Source: Chrysomallon squamiferum (Eukaryota; Animalia; Mollusca). From it: a stretch of DNA of 64,000 nucleotides. Shown in pieces: positions 1 through 45,300 of this stretch; within the stretch, counting starts at the first letter, position 1; the number at the start of each line of letters is the position of its first letter. The notes beneath the pieces were generated by a model. That model searched no databases and had not been told where the DNA came from. It was given only the letters and a program-made list of their open reading frames with translations. The DNA lies in the NCBI GenBank assembly GCA_012295275.1, contig CM022679.1:14508001-14572000 (forward strand), read 5' to 3'. Both the position numbers and the translations under genes were made by a program.

Positions 1-554
1 TAAAAAAACCCTGCTTATGCTGTAATAAATTACATGTGTGGTATAGTCAGATATCGCGTCCTGAATAATTGAATGGGCAGTTCACTCGAAGGCACTCAGC
101 TATACAAATACAGTGCACTCTGAAACAGATTAAAATAAAAACAATGATAACAGTATCAGGTTTTTAATAGTTTGTAAATAATACCTAATAATAATAATAA
201 TAATACCTAATAATGTTGTTAAACAAATGTTTAAATGTGTGTGTAAATATAGACAGACACACAGATATGCATATAACAGGGCAATGCGTGTATGTGAGTA
301 CGTATGAGTGAGTACGTATGTGTATCTGTGTGTATCTCTCTGTGTGTATCTCTGTGTGTGTATATATATATGATCTAGATACAGATAGAGAGAGAGAGAC
401 AAATGCATATGCAGCGACTCGCAAGATAGTATGTATGTATATATGTGTGTGTTTGTGTGTGTGACTGTTTGTGTCTCTGTTTGTGTTTATGCGTATGTGT
501 TGAAGCATGTATGTGAGTATACTAAGGTGTCATTAGTTATTTATTTTGTTACAG

Positions 555-16204
<15,650 letters not shown>

Positions 16205-16574
16205 GTTCTGTACCTCGCTCTTACTCGCTGTTAAAATACAAAACATTATAAATTTAAGGTTTCTGTAAACTCTTGGGTCGAGAACTGTTCATTAATTTAA
16301 TACGTAATACATACATGAAATATATACATATACATACGTTTATTTATGTGTATGTGTGTGTGTATATACATATATACATACATACACCTATACAGATAGA
16401 CACACATAAGCATATATATATTTATATACACACAAATACACTCACACATACATACATACACACACCTATACACATAGGTATGTGAACATATACACATATA
16501 CACTATTCACAAATATAAGGCAGATATATATTTTCAGAATAAAATAATTACAAATGTAAATTCAGTTGTATTTC

Positions 16575-16629
<55 letters not shown>

Positions 16630-18224
16630 GGCAACAAAGATAAGAACAACAATAATAATTACAATAGCAACAACATTAACAGTAATAATAATAACTAATG
16701 ATAATAATAACAATAACAAACAACAACAACAACAACAACAATAATAATAATTAAATAGTTGAAATAGATAAAACAGTTTCTAAATATGTGTTTAATTTGT
16801 TTTATGTGTTTTGTTTTTAAGTTCTCTAAACTGTCTTGGGCTTATTTGGTTTTTAGTTTTCGCTTTTAATTTGATTTTATTTATTTAATTTTATATAATA
16901 TCATATTGTATAAACAAACAAACACAATTTTATAAATGATTTAGAAATGCTGAATTAACAAATATTCGTATCAATAAATAAATAAATAAATATTTCTATA
17001 ATAATAAATGAATAAATACCATAAAAGAAAAAATAAATAATTACCACTGAAAATAATTAATAAATAAATTTTAAAATAAAATAAATATAACAACAGCAGC
17101 TAAAAAATGAACATAACAAAGAAAGAAAGAAATAATATCACAAGAAATAAAGTTTAGCAACATATTCATAAATTATATTTTTAAAAACCTTATGTGAACT
17201 AAGAAATGTTTTCTTAATTATAATTTAAAATAAATAAATAAATAAATAAATAAATAAATCGACAGACAGACAGACAGACATAGACACACAGATAGACAGA
17301 TAGCTAGCTAGATAAATAAATAAGGAAATAAATAAATCAATCAATCAATCAATTAATACAAGGATTGTTCCTGGTTCGGTTGGCACAGTGACATCATAAA
17401 AACGATTATTTTAAATGATGTAACTTTTAAGAGGAAATATTGTTGTTAATAAACAGGAATTGGTTACACAATACAGAAATTACAATTCAGTGACGCACGA
17501 ACGAAAACCTTTGACGTCAGCAAAATTACAATAACCACTAAAAATATAACAAAATATACGTATTATTTCCATAAGATGATCTGTTCCGAATGCAAAATTA
17601 AGGTTGTTAGGTATAAAAAAAAAAAAAAAAAATAAAAAATTGAAGAAACTTTGACATATGAACAAGATTATAATTTCATATAACCAGTTAAAACTTACAC
17701 GTAATCTTTCCATAACACGATCTCCTCCGAACGCAATGTTAGGGCCATTAGACAGTTAAACTTTACAAACACATTAAAAAAATATTAATAATAAAATAAA
17801 ACTGCAATATCAAAGTAACACTAACTCATGCTCGAACAGTAATACTACTTGTGACATTGAACTCTTCAACAGTTTCGTCACAATATTAAAAAAAAAAGCA
17901 AACCCCCAAATAAAATTAATTATTTATTGATAACTGTAATGTATTTGATCTTCGGCAGGCAAATAAAAGCTGTGTTAAAATTCCACGTTGTTTGTTATTA
18001 CTGTTTGCATATGTGTGCATTCGATACTCAATACTGTAACTTCAGTATGTGTTTGATCCTGAACTCTTATTACTGGTATGATAATTACATATATGTATGT
18101 TAGCATGTTTGAGTATATAAAATGCATGTAGGCTTGTTATATGTTTGTTTATGTATTTTGTGTACATATGTACGAATGTGTTTGTGTGCGAGTGTGTGTT
18201 TGTGTATGTATGTATGTATGTATG

Positions 18225-18258
<34 letters not shown>

Positions 18259-18544
18259 AACACAGATGTATATGTGTGTGGATGTTCAACCATACTAATG
18301 TCAATACTTTAATAACATCAGTCTCAAACCACAATACAAATAATAATAATAAAAATAATTAGTTAACTGATTGATGTTCCTGAAACACACACACACACAC
18401 ACACACTACACACACAACACACACACACACACACATGCATACACAAACACACACAAAGAAAATAAAGAAGAAGAAAAGTAAAAAGGATCAAGCATGAGAA
18501 AGCATTTCTGAATAACACGCAATTTCTTTAACGTATTTACTCCT

Positions 18545-18645
18545 CAGCCAATAGATTTTCGACGTGAACACGTATATCAGTGCAGCACTTTGTTTAAAGT
18601 GGCACTCCTCCTGCCGTCACAAAGCCGAGAACTGTTCACGTGATT
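18545..18645 (+). promoter_or_regulatory. Candidate core promoter of gene 2
   Basis: AGCCAATAG (CCAAT at 18548-18552), TATA-like TTTAAA at 18593-18598 and CACGTG at ~18637, just upstream of the small ATG exon ending in GTGAGT at 18700. Motif match only. Confidence 0.4.
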
Positions 18646-18672
18646 TTCTTTTTCCTTCCGTGAGGAAACCAT

Positions 18673-26943
<8,271 letters not shown>

Positions 26944-27234
26944 CTCTGAAAACACTTTCCTAGAGTAAACACATGCACACATAACTAACTGGCTTGCATA
27001 GACTGGCTACGTTTACGCAGAGGCATATTACATCCGCACGTGATTACTTCAAAGAAACAGACGAATGTATTTGATGCACGTGGTCGCGGGGACGCTAATT
27101 TAAAACCGTGTTGTGTCGTATTTGTAAATAAGACGTAGTAACCAGTGCTGATGATGATAACTTTATACACCAAATGGCTGGATAGAAACATGCACAGTGA
27201 CACACAGAAATACACACATGCACACACTTTTTAG

Positions 27235-27580
27235 TAGAAGGTCATATACAGAATGCACGCAGGGAATCTTTGTTTGCATCGTCACACACATATAGAGGTT
27301 CAAATACATACGTCGAAGGTCACATTCTTTACGCAGATAGTCATGTAGTTACGTATGGATCACATACTTAAGTTGAGGGTCATATACTTACTAGAGCACT
27401 GGGTCACATACTTTTGCATTCTGCTACACACTAACTCAGTCGGGCATCTACTAACGCAGGAGGCCACACACTAAAGCATACGCTAAATACTTACACAGAG
27501 AGTTTGATATATATATATACTATTGGTCACGTTCTAAACCAAAGGGTCATGTTCTCATACAGAGCGTCACAGATTAATAC
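27235..27580. repeat. Highly degenerate ~20-bp tandem repeat (GAGGGTCACATACTTACGCA-like) downstream of the gene 2 stop
   Basis: GGTCA(T/C)ATAC-like cores recur about every 20 nt. Confidence 0.55.
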
Positions 27581-27735
27581 ACAAAAACACAACACGTAAG
27601 ATTTTCCTGTTACGTTTATCATCTGCTTTAGATTTGAACAAATATTATTATATGGTGAGTTTAAGAAATAAATTTATTCTAGTTTTTATTTTGTGTTTTT
27701 TGTTTTCTTTTTCCTTATTTACAACTAAAAAAAAT

Positions 27736-27786
<51 letters not shown>

Positions 27787-29298
27787 TTTTAATTTTAAAT
27801 TTGTTTTATTTATTTTGTTGTAGAAAGTCAAAACGTTTTATTTGTCTTCGGTATTCATTTTTTTAGTACTTATTTTAAAAGCTCAAATTAGAATAAGTCA
27901 TGACAAAGTTAAAAGAGGCTAAACAACAAAATGAAATAATTGCTGTTGTTTTTGTTTCTGTCGTTGTTGTTCGATCATATTCTAGTCTTTGTATTTATGA
28001 TGCGACACGTCATTTTTTGAGAGTATCACAGTTTGTCTGAGCTGATACTATTTTTCAGTCTGTGTACAGGTACATTTAAATGTGATTGTGTTGTTGGTGT
28101 ATGTTTGTTGTAGTTTGTCTAGCAGTATTGATTTCAGTTAAACGTGCCATCATATTATTGTAAACTTTACAAAAATGTATATTAAAAGTAAAAAAAAAAA
28201 TGTAAACATACAAGTATAAGCACATAATTATACATCTACATGAACATTCTAATATACATGCACGTGCATACATACATATACGCATAAACAGATAGATACA
28301 TGCATACATACATGCACACACGCATCACATACATACATATATACATAAACACATACGTTCATACATACATACATACATACATACATATGTACATATACAC
28401 AATGATATACACTAACAGACATAGATATATAAACATTTATTAACTAAAAAAGTAAATTGTAAAGTAGTGTGGTTAATGTTAGGTTGTTGGATGACTGATA
28501 GTGAAAGGAATAGAAAGAAAAAAACAAAACAAAAAGAATCAAAATCATTAAAATGAATAAAATCCGATTTAAAACGTTTTATTTTATACAATGCTATAGA
28601 AAACATCGGTAAATTCTTGCTAAATATGCTTGAAAAAACCTCTGTTTATTTATTTATTTATTTATTTATATTAATTTGTGTGATTTTTTTTTTTCTCTTT
28701 TAATTGCTTAATTGTACGAAATATGATATAAAGATATAATTATGTTATAAATTATCATAGCCTGATATCTTGTTATCTTGTTTTGTTAAGATGTTTTATT
28801 ATTATTTTTGTTTATTTATTTATTATCATAAGAAATAGTAACAGTGATAGTATATCCTACTGTAGTAATGGTAGCAGAGTGGTAATAACAGTAGTAGTAG
28901 TAGAGATGGAAGTAGTAGTAGTAGTAGCAGTAGATGTAGTAATAGCATTCAAAGTAGTAGTAGCACTAGCACCGGTGATGACGACATGCACAGTAGCAGT
29001 AATAATAATGTAGAAGCAGTAATATGTTTTAGTAATTAAAAAAAAAGTACTAGCAGTAAAATTGTTTTGGAAGTAGTAGCTTTAAGATCGTTTTTTCCGT
29101 GAATGTCAAAACTGTTGTTGTTAATGACAATCTCCGTTTAATTTCTACTCACTTTTATATTCCCATCAACATTGTAACTGATTTAATATAAAAATTAATT
29201 TATCCTGACTACAAAATATACTGTATATAAAAATATATTTAAATATATTTGTTGATTATGTTATACTAACGTGAAAAAAATTAAAGAAAGTTTGTATT

Positions 29299-38662
<9,364 letters not shown>

Positions 38663-39219
38663 GGTGGAAGTCTAATATTATTTTTAGCGTAAAACGTGTA
38701 ATCTAATTAAATCTATATAATGTAAATCACTGCATTTTTTTTCTTTTTTTGATAGAAATGCTGAACTAGACAGTGATCAAGATTCGTAATAATATATGAA
38801 AATATTTCCTAAACAACGTATAACCTCTTCTGGCTGATCTAATTCTCAAACGGGTTTCCCAAAAGCTGGTTCACGGGTCGCATTTTGTTTTATTTACATT
38901 AAGAAGAGAATCCAGGTCGTGACTACGGCAAAGTACCAGACAGATACTGTCTCTGAACACAAACAAAAACGTGGCGACGAGGTTCAAGTGAGAGAAAATG
39001 TTAAAATGTCTTCATGTTTTTCATTCGGAGAATAAAACAGAATAAATGACCGAGGCGCGTCGTTGTATAGTATTAGTGTCTACAAATTATGGTTAATTAT
39101 GAAAATGTTTTATTTTTATTTATTTTAGGTTGAAGATGGTTAAATTGTTAAATTGGCTCTAAGAGTTAGCTAGTTATTTAGATATAATAACAATGATGAT
39201 GATGATGATGATGATAATG

Positions 39220-39250
<31 letters not shown>

Positions 39251-40816
39251 TAATAATAATAATAATATATATGTATGAATATATGTACCTACTTATGTAT
39301 TATGTTTTAATGTCTATCTGTCTGTCTGTATATATGTACGTATGTATATATGCACGTTTGTGTGTAGGAGTGTGGTACAAATGAATGTATGTATCAATGT
39401 AATAATGTAACCATATTTGTGTACACTGATTTCTCCATCTGTATATCTCGACCTCGATCTCTCTCTCTCTTTCTCTGAGTGTGTGTGCGTGTGATTTCAT
39501 ATATATGCATTCTTGTCTTTATCTCTCTACCTGTGTGTACGTATCCTGCAATAATACTTGATGTGTAAAAATTGTAAAATAATGAAGTCTAAAATCACAT
39601 CACTGGCTTTGTAGTCCTCGCCACAACTAAAGTATTCAGACAGTCACATTTCTGCGTTTGCCTTTCTACACTGTCTTTGTCACATTATCTCTCAACAATA
39701 AGGTCATACGTGTTGTCTGAGTAGGAATTTACTGATACCAACACTGAATTCTCCTGTAACCATGAAATAAAACCAGGTTATTGTATATTAATTTATTTCC
39801 AACAGTCAACGACCTTAGTCTTTTATTATTATTATTAGTAGTAGTAGTAGTAGTATTGTTATTGTTGCTGTTGTATTATTTATCGTTTCGAGTAATCCTT
39901 AAAGTCAATTTTTCTTTTACTTGTTTATTTATTTATTTATTTTTTCATTATAATTTTTAAAATTAATTTAAGTATTCTATAAAACATAAATAAGCTTATA
40001 AATAATTCAATTTAAATATACATTATCGTTTGGAAAGTTCTAAAATTATTTTGTTTTTTTAATTTACTTTAAATATTTATAATCCTGTCATGTTATTTTT
40101 TTTGTATGTTTTTGTATATCATTATTTGACTAGAAACTGATAATTATGATGACTTATTCCTGGGTTTGTGTGAGAGTTGGTTTTCCCTCTGCCTTTATAC
40201 ATAAGATGTACGAAGTAAAATACAGACAGCAGATATTTACATATGCATATTTGAGTCATTTAGTGAAACAGCCAGACATGGATACTTAAAACAACATGCA
40301 TGATTTCTAAATTAAACAAAATAAGCAAACAAAGTCGTTACATTAATCTTTCAGCGTCTGAAATATCAGTTACAGAATCTTTATATACAATTACACTAAA
40401 GCAAATGCGTGGATACATATATGTATTTTTGCTACACAATCCTGCTCCAATCTCTACTTAATTGAAAATCCTGTCTTGACGGAAACAAAACCTCTGCACG
40501 GCTGACTGTCACGATTTATTTCCTCACTGATAAAAGAAAAGAACGAGGACTTTCAGCAGAAATCAATGCTTTCAAATTATGTTGCCGAAATATATCGGCC
40601 ACAGCTTCTGTTCAGGAAGACATCTGTTAGGAATTAAAGTAATAGCTGGTTTGATTGGCTGTAAACGAATAAATCTTACCAGGCTGTTGATATACTTAAT
40701 TCGTCTCATGTATTTATCCTGCAGTCACTTTGCTGTTGTCCGATGCAGGCTCTGCAGAGCCTCGCTGTAAATCGGCATTCTAACATTCGCAGATAAAACT
40801 ATTATCTTACATACAT

Positions 40817-40847
<31 letters not shown>

Positions 40848-41261
40848 TATGATTATAAACAATAATACATTCAAACACAGAGAAAGTAAATGTATTCATA
40901 GTATCTTCTGCTTGTTAAATAAATACACTGTTATTACCACTTTTTGGGAAAATGTGAAAAAAAAAAAAAAAAAATATGATGCATTACAGAAGATCGCAAG
41001 AGTTCATCTATTACATTCACATGAAAAACAAGAATAAACATAAACAGTATATGCTCATCTTATTATTTCGGAGGACTTTTTTGTTTGTTTGTTGATGTTT
41101 GATTTGTTTGGGGTTTTGGGGTTTTTATCTTGTTTTTTTTTTGGGGGGGTTTGTTTTGTTTTTGTTTCTGTTTTGTTGTTTCTGTTTATTATTCTGTTTA
41201 TTAATATTTATTTATTTATTTTTGTCTTATATATGTGTGTATGTGTGTGTGTGTGTGTGTG

Positions 41262-41297
<36 letters not shown>

Positions 41298-41559
41298 TTA
41301 TTATTATTACATATTTATTTTTTATTTTTTATTATTTTACTTATTTAATTGAACTGGTTTAATCTTGAATGTTAAATATACGTCGTTAATTGAAATCCTG
41401 TATCCGTTTTTTTATAATTTCATGTGTGTGTGTGTGAAAGTAAGAGGGAATCAAATTATGTTTGGCTTTTCGGCGCTGTTCACTTTGAAAATAAGGAATT
41501 TGTAGTTTTACATGAAGCTTGTTACACCTAACAGCCGACGCAATTTTATGCTTAACCAC

Positions 41560-42330
41560 TGTTAAATATTCATTTATTCATTTGATGTACAACGAGTCGT
41601 TTTTTCATGTGATACCGACCAGGATAGCAATCTGATTTTTCACACACGTACAGAATCACGGAGTATGGAAATGGGAAAATACGTTTACGCCTGTAGACGT
41701 TTAAACACGATTCATCGTGACGGAAAAATCGAAGAACAGCAAGGCAGAAAGCACCTTCTGTTCTTTGCCAAGTTTACGAATACGCAGTTTTACGTTGCGT
41801 TGCTTCCGAACGCGACTTACGATTGCGATTTACGTCTGAGCTTAACGCCGCTGCGCCATTTTTCAGTCCACCGTTTCGTAGTTCAGAGTGTTGCCGCAAT
41901 TACCCAATCACATTGCATGACAATACGGTCTAACGAACTGATCTGACACAAAACACCAGTTTTATAACCGCTGGAAGCCTGGAACCAATACGCCATGCCT
42001 GATCAGCGCATGGTGTCATATGAACCATACAAACACAAATACAAATCAATAAGTGGCACCACGCATGCGCGCTGCTCTCTCAGGCAAAAAAAGAGAAAGC
42101 TTTGTCGGATGTTGTCAACGTAACGAAAAAGTGAAGAAAATACTGAAGTGCATTTTTGATCTAACCATGGAAACAAGCCGTGCGCGAGTGCGCCTGTAGC
42201 TTGTGGAACGGTTAAAAAATCCGACCTGAGAAGAGAAGAAAAGAAAGTGACAATGTTTTTCCACTTGGCAGCCATTACTGGAATAGCCTATCTCGTTCTT
42301 AGTCTTGCTTTGCGAGTGAGATCAGGTAAG
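41560..42330. promoter_or_regulatory. CpG-enriched, repeat-free promoter-like segment upstream of the Ly6/uPAR gene, between divergent genes
   Basis: Visibly more CpG than the flanks; NRF1/Ewg-like ACGCATGCGCG at 42061-42071; runs into the first coding exon. Confidence 0.45.
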
Positions 42331-45300
42331 AAAAAAAAAATCCAATAATGGCAATCAGGCAGCATTGGCATCTAACGGAAGATTTTTTTTGTTTGTTTTA
42401 TTGATTTGACGGACTCTTGTCTTTTAATGTCACTTGATTTGTAATGTTTCATTGCTGGTAATCAGCTTAGTATTTGATGTAAGTAAAGTTAGGTTTCCAA
42501 CTTGTCAGAACTGCACTGTGTTTACTCGTTAGTTACACTAGCATGACCTTTGTTCTGATCGACAGTCTACTTGTAGAAAAAAAATAAATAGAAAAAAAAA
42601 TAAGAAAGATAAGAAATGTAAACATGTTATTCCAAACTGTAAATTATATAAAGATATTTCAACATATATGTTGAATGTATGTATGTATGTACATATATAT
42701 TATGTATGTATGTGTGTATATATGTGTATGTGTGTGTGTCTGTATGTGTGTGTGTCTGTGTGTGTGTGTGTCTGTGTGTATTTTTTAAACCTCTCATAGT
42801 GTGATGCTTATTATCTAACATCATGGAATATAAAACTTTCATGTTAAAAGCAAATTACAGAATCAATATAAAATGAAATGACGCCAGCTGAAATATTAAT
42901 TTCGCCTAAGGGATTAATAGGCTAGAATCGAAAACTGAGACATTCGATGAAGATTTTAAATTATTTACCAGCCTTATGTCGTTTGTAATTTGATTTAGAA
43001 TAAATGCAATTAATATTCCCAGAGAAGAAAAGAAAGTAACAAATTTGTGTAGACAGTTGAAATGGAGTGTCATGTTCTGCTCCTACGTTTGAGAATTAGA
43101 TAAGTTTTTTTGAGAAATTATAATAGATACATTTATAATGAATGAAAAAATATTTGATTTCTACAGGTATATGCGGCTATTTGTTCCAAAGTTATTTGAT
43201 ATTTTTCTGAATGATTCAGAATAGGGTAATCGGTTTAATGATCTTTACATCTTTGTTTTTCTTTCATTTTTCATACAGTTAAACAAAAATCTGATGTAAA
43301 TTTTGTTTCAGAACATTTGCCTATATGAAAAAGAAAGCTTCGTTGGATGTTGTCAACATGGCAAAAAAGTGCAATTTTATCTCATTTTTACATCGTTTTC
43401 ATTCTTTCTTGAAACATTTCCTTCTGGGTTTTTTACCTGATTTTATTTCAAACTAAAGAAATTAGTTTTGGGTTTTTAGCTTCCTTTTTCTCTTTCCTTT
43501 TCTCTTCTCATCTTTCTTTTGTCAGTGTTAAATACAATTCTTATTTTAATAGAAATATTTTATTTATTCATAATCTTCCTTTCCTTAGAAATATTTTATT
43601 TATTCATAATCTTCCTTTCCTTAGAAATATTTTATTTATTCATAATCTTCCTTTCCTTCTTATATCTTATTTACATTTTCCCTATTCACCTTATAATCAA
43701 TAGAAAATTCATCTTTCTTTCAGTCACATTTGACAAATTCAATGAATTAATTTTTTTTATAACTTTCATCACTCGTCTATATTTGCAACACAACGTCAGT
43801 CAATACTCGTAATATGTTTCTTTCACTGTTTTAAAAACATCTTAAATCTTCGATTGGTTATCTTCTTCGTCTTCATCTTTTCTTCGTTTTCTTCCTGACA
43901 ACCAGTATCACTTTATTAATATCGAGTGCAGTCATACTGTACATGACGCTACGAATTACGATTGGTATTTCGGGATATTTATATCGATCCCAAGATCATC
44001 TGAAAGCCCTACAACACTGAACAAATCAATCACCTCCGAACACAACACTTAGAGGGTGGGGTGGGGGGAGTGATGAATGGAGCGAACGACTGGCACTCGG
44101 CAGGCTGTGAAATAAAAACGCTGACATCAAAAGCGGAATAATTCACCGAACACGAACAGGAACGAGACCAGAACAGACGTAATATCTCGGCTCAAATGGC
44201 GTCAAGCGTCGATTGATTAAAAAGCGTACAATTAGCTACATATTGCCAGACCGTTATTGTTTGTTAGCAAACGAACATATTGATATTTAGAAGAAGAAAA
44301 AAGTCAATAGAAGTATGTGTTTTTTTCAAACATCTTTTCACGGAAATCGCGGAATAAAAATAAAATAAAAAAGAAGATGAAGAAGAAGAAGACAGAAAGA
44401 AAAAGTAGCCATCGCGCGAATTACTGGATAAATTTAAAAAGATTGAAAACAGAAGAAAAAAGATAGAGTATCCCATCGCGTGGCGTCAATCTTTTCCTCT
44501 CGCTGTCGGTATGGAGATAAACAACATACAACACAATGTTGCCGTGGATCAGAAATGTCAAGTGCATGTCTAAATCAAAGATTACGGCACTTTACTGACG
44601 TCATCAACTTAAAACTAGGCCAACATGAGAACTACGCATTTTATCTATGATGTCATGTTAACTGGAAATGATGACAATTTTGACTATGTTAAATAATAAC
44701 AAAATATTTTTCTTTCAATACTGGATAAAAAATCTTCAGATAATTCGAAAGGACTTCAGTGTTTATTAAATTAACAAATCTGTTTTTCAAACATTTTGCT
44801 TCGTATGGATTTACTGGACTAAACATTCTAATCAAGTGAAGTTTGAATTAGAAATGTACAACCACGAAACAGTTTCTTGGTTTCTTTTTAAAAATTTTGA
44901 ATTTTAATTAGAATTAATACGGTAACGGTATTCGTGAATTAACATGAATTAATATGTATTTTTATATTAGGAGTTGTGTGGAACAATTTAAACCTTGTTC
45001 GTGTTCGACACTCATTGCAGTTAGTCTTCATTTTGTTTTCAATACAGGATACAGAAACAATTTTTGCTAAGGAAAATCAACCCTCATGGTATTACATTAA
45101 CCGAGTACTTCAAAATATAAACCAATTTAAGATTAATAAATAAATAATAAAAAAATTCCATCTCGACAAGAGGACTGCTTTATTTGCGATGTATTTTACA
45201 TAAAACTGATCAAACGAAAACAAAACTGTCGATTTTGTTTTCCTTGCGTAAATGTCAGTGCATCCTAATTTGCAGTAACGACTACTTTTATAACCCCACG

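Noticed and set aside
130-508. Short low-complexity ORFs here and throughout (poly-ER, LS, IY, HT, N, I, V)
   Set aside because: Translations of di-, tri- and tetranucleotide microsatellites.
44053-44070. G-rich run GGGTGGGGTGGGGGG as a G-quadruplex
   Set aside because: Only three separated G-tracts; weak and isolated.
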